A stretch of 12,738 nucleotides of DNA, taken from assembly GCA_039091855.1 (NCBI GenBank), contig JAWCLA010000007.1, positions 15,415-28,152 of the forward strand. The letters are read 5' to 3'. The DNA is from Candidatus Aenigmatarchaeota archaeon. Its GTDB lineage: Archaea; Aenigmatarchaeota; Aenigmatarchaeia; QMZP01. Of the stretch, positions 7,446 through 12,738 are shown piece after piece. The translations under genes and the position numbers were made by a program. The first letter of the stretch is position 1, and each line of letters starts with the position of its first letter. The notes beneath the pieces are model-generated. The model was not told where the DNA came from, ran no database searches, and worked only from the letters and a program-made list of their open reading frames with translations.

Positions 7446-8747
7446 ATGCCCCACTACGACTACTTCGAGAGCGAATTCCCAGATGCGAGGGTATCAACCA
7501 CCTTCGACACAAAGCAGTTTGGAGAGCTGGAGCTTGTTGGGACATTGATGCAGTACAAGGCAATTAAAAAATCCTTCTTTGAAAGGATTGGCGTCGGAGG
7601 CAGCATAACAGCAGCCCCTGTCTTTTGGAAGGATTCACTTCTTTTCGGTGCCTGCGACAAGAACTTCTACTGCCTTGATTTGAATGGCAAGGAAAGGTGG
7701 AGGTTCAGGACAAGTGGGATAATAACGGGAGAATGCCTTGTTCATGATGGAATTGCATTTTTCGGTTCATACGACAATAATATGTATGCTGTGAACTGCT
7801 CCACAGGAGAACTGGTCTGGAAATTCCCAACAAAAGGAATATTGCTTAATTATGGCAGCATTTCAAAGGGGGTTTTGTATTTTGGATCATGGGATGGTAA
7901 CATATACGCGCTTGACGAAAAAACGGGAAAGGAATTGTTCTCTATAAAGACGGCGAGCGAGCAGTTTTGCGCAATCGAGAAGGATGGTGTGTTGCATTTC
8001 GGTTACGGTGGAGGTGTTTTGTACGCGTACGACATTGATAAAAAAAGGGTTTTGTGGACCTTCAAGTGCCAGAGGGAGGTTGCCTGCTGGAAAGAGTGTT
8101 TTTGGAAAAACAACATTTATGTCGGTTCTTGGGAAGGAAACATATACGCTATAGACAAGAACACAGGAGCATTGAAATGGAAATTCAGCGCCTCTGATGT
8201 TGCATACACACCAAGTATATGTGAAAACAGGCTGTATTTCGGCTCAAGGGATTTCAACGCTTACTGCCTTGATGCAGAGACAGGCAAGCTTATCTGGAAG
8301 TTCAGGACAGGTGGCTATGTTTCGCAAGTGGTAGAGCATGCTGGCAAGGTTTATTTTGGTTCTTATGACAACAATCTCTATTGCCTTAACCCTTCAACAG
8401 GAAAGGAAATATGGAGATTCAAGACACAGGGATTTGTGAATTATTATTCCTTCAAGGATGGGAGAATCTACTTCGGCTCCTGGGACTGCCACATGTACTG
8501 CCTTGATGCAGAGACAGGCAAGCTTATCTGGAAGTTCAAAACAAGCATGGGAACGCCTTCCCAGATAGAGCCTCCCGAAGCAGGAATTGTCAGAAGCGCT
8601 GAAGTCGTTTGGAAGCCTATAGAAGAGGAAACAAAATCTAAAAAGAAGGAAGAGCAAACCCTTTCTGATTACGGGGCAATAACAACCGAGTACGCTTCTG
8701 CCGGAATGGGTGACTATTTAGGAAAGAAGAAGAGGGGGTATATTTAA
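7446..8747 (+). CDS. PQQ-like (BamB-type) repeat beta-propeller protein, no signal peptide
   Basis: About 8 repeats of about 39-40 aa with consensus lYFGSxDxxxYcLDaeTGkliWkF, followed by a charged C-terminal tail. Confidence 0.92.
   Translation: MPHYDYFESEFPDARVSTTFDTKQFGELELVGTLMQYKAIKKSFFERIGVGGSITAAPVFWKDSLLFGACDKNFYCLDLNGKERWRFRTSGIITGECLVHDGIAFFGSYDNNMYAVNCSTGELVWKFPTKGILLNYGSISKGVLYFGSWDGNIYALDEKTGKELFSIKTASEQFCAIEKDGVLHFGYGGGVLYAYDIDKKRVLWTFKCQREVACWKECFWKNNIYVGSWEGNIYAIDKNTGALKWKFSASDVAYTPSICENRLYFGSRDFNAYCLDAETGKLIWKFRTGGYVSQVVEHAGKVYFGSYDNNLYCLNPSTGKEIWRFKTQGFVNYYSFKDGRIYFGSWDCHMYCLDAETGKLIWKFKTSMGTPSQIEPPEAGIVRSAEVVWKPIEEETKSKKKEEQTLSDYGAITTEYASAGMGDYLGKKKRGYI
8262..8538 (+). repeat. 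43-bp exact direct repeat (8262-8304 and 8496-8538) within the beta-propeller gene
   Basis: TACTGCCTTGATGCAGAGACAGGCAAGCTTATCTGGAAGTTCA occurs twice, 234 nt apart. Confidence 0.9.
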
Positions 8748-8751
8748 TTAT

Positions 8752-10533
8752 CTACATCCCATCAGGCGCCTCTATGCCGAGAATACCAAGCCCTGCTTTC
8801 AGGACATTCCTTACCGCAATGACCAAAGCAACTCTTGCTGCCCTGATGTTTTTTTCCGCCTTCAAGACAGGAATTGACTGGTAGAACTCGTTGAAAAGCG
8901 TGGCAAGAGAGTAAACATAGTTCGCTATGTAGTGCGGCTTGCAATCCTCCGCCGCCCTGCGAACAGCCTCTGGGAACTCACAAAGTTTTTTTATTATTGC
9001 CTTTTCCTTCGGATCTGACAAGAGCGAGGCGTTTATTTTATTTGGAACTGATTTTATTTTTCCCTTTCTCAGGATTGAGCACGCCCTTGCGTGAGTGTAT
9101 TGGATATAAGGACCCGTGTCTCCCTCAAAGCTCAGCATCTCGTTCCAGTCAAACCTTATGTCCTTTATCCTGTCCCTAGAAAGGTCGGCATACTTTATAG
9201 CCCCTGTTCCAACCTGCCTCGCTGCTTTCTTCTTTCCCTTCAGCTTTGGATTTTTGAGTAGTATTATCTTTTCAGCAAGCTGCACAGCCTCCTCTATCAG
9301 GTGGTCAAGAAGTATTATCCTGCCCTTTCTTGTGGAAATCTTTCCCTCCGGAAGCGAAACCATTCCGAAATGCACGTGAACCAGTTTTTCCCTTTCATTT
9401 GGATTTATGTATCCAAGCCTTTCGGCAGCCCTGAAAACCTGCTCCATATATTCCTTCTGTTCAGAGCCAATGACATAAAGTATCCTTTCGGGCCTGAACT
9501 TCTTAATCCTGTATTTTATTGTTGCCAAGTCCCTTGTAGAGTAAAGAGTTGCCTCGTCCGATTTCTGTATTATAAGAGGTGTTTCCATACCAACATCTAG
9601 TATTAACGCTCCTTCTGACCATTTACCAATTCCCTTTTTTAATGCCTCTCTTATAACATCCCTTGCCATCTTGTTGTAGAAGCTTTCGCCAAGTTGCAGG
9701 TCAAACTTAACGCCAAGCTTTCTGTATGTTTTTTCAAACTCCTTTTTACTGAGACTGACAAACCTTTTCCAAATCCTGAGGAGTCTCTTATCCCCTTCCT
9801 CGAGTTTCCTGAAAATTTCTCTTGCCTTTTCATCAAGCTTTTTGTCAACCTCTGCCTCATCGTGAAACTTTACATAAAGCCTCAATAGCTCTTCTATCGG
9901 GTTTTTCCTCAGGTTTTTCTCAGAGCCCCATTTCTGGTATGCAACAATTATCTTTCCGAACTGGGTTCCCCAATCCCCAAGATGGTTGTCACCTATGACC
10001 TTGTAACCGAGAAACCTGTGAATCCTGCATAGAGAGTCCCCTATAACTGTTGACCTCAAGTGACCAACGCTCATAGGCTTCGCAACATTAGGGCTTGAGA
10101 AGTCAACAACTATTGTTTTCCCCTTCCCGTCTTTTGATGAGCCATACTTTCTACCTTTCGCGATAAACGGTATCGCCTCTTGCCCTATGGCATTCCAGTC
10201 AACCAGAAAATTAACATAAGGTCCTGAAGCCTTAACTTCCTTTATAAAATCCTTTGGCGAAATCCTTTCGGAAACCTCCTGAGCTATCTGTTGGGGGGAT
10301 TTTTTCAGCTCTTTTGCCAGCACAAAACAAGGCACTGCGAAATCCGCATCTATTCCCTGCGGCGGCCTTTCAATAAGCGGAACTATTTCCTCGGGTTTGA
10401 CTCCAGCCGCAGAGGAAAAGGATTCCGCTATTTCCCTTTTTATATAAAGCAGGAAATCCTGGGGGCGTTTTTGCCTTTTTACCGAGGATGGTTTTTTCCC
10501 TTTTGTTGCTTTTTTGGAAAGTTTTTTTGGCAT
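8752..10533 (-). CDS. argS: Arginyl-tRNA synthetase
   Basis: VDFSSPNVAKPMSVGHLRS (HIGH region), DNHLGDWGTQFG, YSTRDLA, KISTRKG, FEGDTGPYIQYTHAR and a C-terminal Met. Confidence 0.98.
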   Translation of the reverse strand: MPKKLSKKATKGKKPSSVKRQKRPQDFLLYIKREIAESFSSAAGVKPEEIVPLIERPPQGIDADFAVPCFVLAKELKKSPQQIAQEVSERISPKDFIKEVKASGPYVNFLVDWNAIGQEAIPFIAKGRKYGSSKDGKGKTIVVDFSSPNVAKPMSVGHLRSTVIGDSLCRIHRFLGYKVIGDNHLGDWGTQFGKIIVAYQKWGSEKNLRKNPIEELLRLYVKFHDEAEVDKKLDEKAREIFRKLEEGDKRLLRIWKRFVSLSKKEFEKTYRKLGVKFDLQLGESFYNKMARDVIREALKKGIGKWSEGALILDVGMETPLIIQKSDEATLYSTRDLATIKYRIKKFRPERILYVIGSEQKEYMEQVFRAAERLGYINPNEREKLVHVHFGMVSLPEGKISTRKGRIILLDHLIEEAVQLAEKIILLKNPKLKGKKKAARQVGTGAIKYADLSRDRIKDIRFDWNEMLSFEGDTGPYIQYTHARACSILRKGKIKSVPNKINASLLSDPKEKAIIKKLCEFPEAVRRAAEDCKPHYIANYVYSLATLFNEFYQSIPVLKAEKNIRAARVALVIAVRNVLKAGLGILGIEAPDGM

Positions 10534-10570
10534 ATTATATCCTTGTAGAATTTTTTATTAATATATCCGT

Positions 10571-10718
10571 GTCTGTATTTAACATCGGAATTTAACGAAG
10601 TCGTGCGAATCAGGATTTGGGTGTAGCTTTCTGCAAGAAAGCGGAACCGTTAAATCGCTGTTATGCTCTCTTACCGAAGTGAAGACGAAATTTTAGTGCA
10701 ACGGTGCTGGGGATAGAT
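10571..10718 (+). ncRNA. Candidate structured non-coding RNA, unassigned
   Basis: GC-richer island in an AT-rich intergenic region with no ORF. Helix ATTTAACG/CGTTAAAT (10590-10597/10648-10655), perfect hairpin 10626-10642, and G-U-rich terminal pairing that works on the + strand. Confidence 0.4.
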
Positions 10719-10846
10719 TTGAAGAATTATAAAAAGCTTCTGGGACATTTGGATATCAACTACTCAGATTTATCTTTCTTTTTCTAGAATCTTATAAAAA
10801 ACGTTAAGAGCCTTTTGGACAACATGTAAACTTCCTGCTGATACTT

Positions 10847-11227
10847 ATGGAATATATTAAGGACCCGGAGCTAGATGAAAGGGTTTTTGACATAGTCCAT
10901 AAGCTTGGGATGGAGCACATAAAATTACAGAGGGTTGTTTGCATAAGAAGCTATGGTTCAAAGAGCAGGAGAACGCTCGCCAGATGCCATGTTCTGCCAA
11001 AGATAATACAGGAAGCGCTGGGCATTAAGGCATATTATATAATAGAGGTAATATCAGAGAATTTCGACCGCCTCTCGTACGAGGAGCAGACAAAAGTCCT
11101 GATACACGAGCTTATGCACATACCAAAAACCTTCGGGGGTGGGTTCAAGTTCCACAACTATGTGAACAGGAAGGAAGTGGAAAAAATGTACAGGCTTTAC
11201 AAAAAATCAAAAGACTCTGCAATATAA
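10847..11227 (+). CDS. Putative zinc metallopeptidase-like protein, 126 aa
   Basis: YIIEVISENFDRLSYEEQTKVLIHELMHIP contains an HExxH motif typical of a small archaeal/phage predicted-metallopeptidase family. Confidence 0.85.
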   Translation: MEYIKDPELDERVFDIVHKLGMEHIKLQRVVCIRSYGSKSRRTLARCHVLPKIIQEALGIKAYYIIEVISENFDRLSYEEQTKVLIHELMHIPKTFGGGFKFHNYVNRKEVEKMYRLYKKSKDSAI

Positions 11228-11281
11228 GATTAAGGCTTTTTAATATCGAAATAAAATAATATATTGTGTTAGTATGAAAGC

Positions 11282-11413
11282 CTACCTCTTCAGCATAGCA
11301 GCCCTTCTCTCGTTTGTTTCATATTTCTTGGTCAATCTTGTGATGTGCACATTCTGCATGATTCCCGGCTGCGGCTTTATGTCGGTCTTGGTAAGCTTCT
11401 TTGTTTTCGTCAT
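11282..11413 (-). CDS. Possible small basic protein, 43 aa
   Basis: ATG 11413; Lys/Thr-rich; no recognised family. Confidence 0.25.
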   Translation of the reverse strand: MTKTKKLTKTDIKPQPGIMQNVHITRLTKKYETNERRAAMLKR

Positions 11414-11456
11414 TATGTGGGCATTCCTTCTTTTCAGCGAGGTGAAATAGAGAATA

Positions 11457-11467
11457 TTTATTTTAAG
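11457..11467 (+). promoter_or_regulatory. TATA-like box of the tRNA-Gln gene
   Basis: TTTATTTTAAG located about 25-35 nt upstream of tRNA position 1. Confidence 0.55.
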
Positions 11468-11529
11468 CATTCCAATTAGTTCTAAGTTCATAGCCCGGTG
11501 GTGTAGTGGTCAAGCATGTCGGGCTTTGG

Positions 11530-11676
11530 ACACTTGGAAGGAAGTCGGAACAGAAACTTGTGTCTTTCCGCCTTCAAACTGAAGTTCCAAAGCTTTGAGA
11601 ACCCTGCAACTGAAGTTTTCCGTGAACGCTTTTGCGGAAGTGGAAACTCCTGTAAAAGGGTTCTGTGAAAGAGGAA
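11530..11676 (+). other. tRNA intron 1 (canonical position 37/38, 147 nt)
   Basis: Relaxed BHB: C32-U35 pairs with GAGG 11671-11674, with bulges GG|A and AA|A. Confidence 0.88.
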
Positions 11677-11697
11677 ACCCGACGACAGCGGTTCGAA

Positions 11698-11782
11698 ACA
11701 AAGGCTTTTTTGAAAAAAGCCTTTGGATGCCAAAAACCTTTACCTTAACTGTGATATTGGTTCATCTAACTGGAATCGATAA
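11698..11782 (+). other. tRNA intron 2 (T-loop, probably 59/60, 85 nt)
   Basis: Separates GGTTCGAA from TCCGCT. UCG(55-57) pairs with CGA 11777-11779, with bulges AA|A and AA|T. The junction is ambiguous by 1-2 nt because of the repeated AA. Confidence 0.82.
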
Positions 11783-11803
11783 TCCGCTCCGGGCTATTAG
11801 TTA

Positions 11804-11831
11804 GACGGCTTAAACCAATAAAAAAGCCGTC
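11804..11831. terminator. 8-bp inverted repeat between the convergent tRNA and wHTH genes; possible terminator or processing hairpin
   Basis: GACGGCTT (11804-11811) pairs with AAGCCGTC (11824-11831). Confidence 0.35.
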
Positions 11832-11835
11832 CATT

Positions 11836-12057
11836 TCATTCCTCTCCTTTTATTGCCCTTATTCCCCTCTGGGTTATCACAAAACAAGTTCCTAGGGACT
11901 CAACCTTTTCTATGTATCCAGAGTCCCTAAGCCTTTGCAATATGACATCCGTTCCGTTGCACTTCTCCTTGTTCAGGAAGTTCAGTATCTCTCCCTTTGT
12001 GACAAGAAGCTGTTTTGAGACAAGCTCCAGAACTTTCCTTTCCGGTTCCGAAAGCAT
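11836..12057 (-). CDS. Small winged-helix (wHTH) domain protein, 73 aa
   Basis: SD AGGTGA. Pattern LSEPERKVLELV...ILQRLRDSGYIEKV...ITQRG is typical of wHTH domains. Confidence 0.8.
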   Translation of the reverse strand: MLSEPERKVLELVSKQLLVTKGEILNFLNKEKCNGTDVILQRLRDSGYIEKVESLGTCFVITQRGIRAIKGEE

Positions 12058-12067
12058 TTTTTCACCT

Positions 12068-12604
12068 TTAATACACTATTTCCTTCTTCACCTTTGCTGC
12101 CCTTTCCTTTCCTGCTGCAATCTCCACTATCTTCAAGGCAAAATCGACAGCAGTTCCAGGACCCTGTGAAGTGATTATGTGTCCGTCTGCTATCACTTTC
12201 TCGCCTCTTGGTCTTGGCAACTCCCTCTCCATGCCTGGATAGATTGTTGCCTTCCTGTCTGCAAGAACGCCTGCTTTTGCAAGAATGCAGGGCGCAGCGC
12301 ATATTGCCGCAAGGAGTTTTTTCTTCTCATTGTACTTCTGGACGGCATCCATTATCCTTCTTGATTGCATAAGATTTTTCCATCCGGGATCCCCGCCTAC
12401 CAGTATAAGACCGTCAAACCTGTCAAAATTCACGTCATCCATCTTTATGTCAGCTATGAGCTTTATTCCCCTTGAGCCTCTCACTATTGTTCCAGGCAAA
12501 CCCGCTGTGGTGACGTTTATTCCCGCCCTTCTCAATATGTCTATTGTTGTTGTTGCCTCTATCTCCTCAAAACCATCAGCAAGTGGGATTAAAAACTCTG
12601 CCAT
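12068..12604 (-). CDS. DJ-1/PfpI (ThiJ/YajL-like) family protein
   Basis: ADGFEEIEA, DILRRAG, LVGG, AAICAAP (nucleophile Cys) and TSQGPGTA. SD GGGTGA precedes ATG 12604. Confidence 0.95.
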   Translation of the reverse strand: MAEFLIPLADGFEEIEATTTIDILRRAGINVTTAGLPGTIVRGSRGIKLIADIKMDDVNFDRFDGLILVGGDPGWKNLMQSRRIMDAVQKYNEKKKLLAAICAAPCILAKAGVLADRKATIYPGMERELPRPRGEKVIADGHIITSQGPGTAVDFALKIVEIAAGKERAAKVKKEIVY

Positions 12605-12724
12605 AATATCACCCAACAATCATTCTAATATATTATTAGGGTCATTCATTTAAATAACCTCTAACCAATGGCTCTCCCAATACAATTCTGGAAAACCATA
12701 AATATTAGACTAGAGGTGATTCAT

Positions 12725-12738
12725 ATGCACTCTAGTCT
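12725..12738 (+). CDS. Start of next gene (truncated by window end)
   Basis: SD GAGGTGA at 12713-12719 followed by ATG 12725. Confidence 0.5.

Larger units (their letters stand above)
11492..11796 (+). tRNA. tRNA-Gln(UUG) with two introns; exons 11492-11529, 11677-11697 and 11783-11796
   Basis: Joined exons give AGCCCGGTGGTGTAGTGGTCAAGCATGTCGGGCTTTGG|ACCCGACGACAGCGGTTCGAA|TCCGCTCCGGGCTA: acceptor AGCCCGG/CCGGGCT with the archaeal Gln A1-U72 pair, anticodon stem TCGGG/CCCGA, TTG at 11526-11528, T stem AGCGG/CCGCT. CCA is not encoded. Confidence 0.95.

Noticed and set aside
8262-8538. Repeat pair as a DGR template/variable region or a CRISPR array
   Set aside because: The copies are identical with no adenine-specific mismatches, no reverse transcriptase is present in the window, and there are only two copies, both in frame within a repeat protein.
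8762-10548. Short alternative-frame and antisense ORFs over argS
   Set aside because: Shadow ORFs overlapping a clearly identified gene.
10598-10645. tRNA-like fragments (GTGCGAATC, GGGTGTAGCT) as a permuted or split tRNA, or an SRP helix 8
   Set aside because: No cloverleaf arms or BHB motif could be built, and the SRP GGAA loop and AGCAG motif are not matched.
11488-11804. ORFs of 81, 63 and 69 aa across the tRNA locus as intron-encoded proteins
   Set aside because: They cross exon boundaries or are antisense, lack SD sites and show no homing-endonuclease motifs.
11783-11835. tRNA 3' end as an integrated-element attachment site
   Set aside because: No integrase and no duplicated tRNA 3' fragment were seen in the window.
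11912-12653. ORFs overlapping the DJ-1 and wHTH genes
   Set aside because: Antisense or alternative-frame shadows of well-supported genes.

Overview
Archaeal chromosomal window. GGTGA-type Shine-Dalgarno sites, TATA-like promoters, FEN1, family-B polymerase and a BHB-intron tRNA indicate an archaeon; the compact gene set and orphan ORFs suggest a DPANN-type lineage (inference). Coding content: 3' end of fen1, a small membrane protein, several short hypotheticals, PolB, a GH15 hydrolase followed by a divergent GT2 glycosyltransferase, a signal-peptide-less PQQ-repeat beta-propeller, ArgRS, an HExxH peptidase-like protein, a small wHTH protein and a DJ-1/PfpI protein. The most notable element is absent from the ORF track: a tRNA-Gln(UUG) gene at 11492-11796 split by two long introns (147 nt at 37/38 and about 85 nt in the T-loop). 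The first intron appears to contain a nested intron bounded by a strict bulge-helix-bulge motif, whose removal restores a perfect hairpin. Two further structured, unexplained non-coding stretches lie at about 10571-10718 and 1930-2090.
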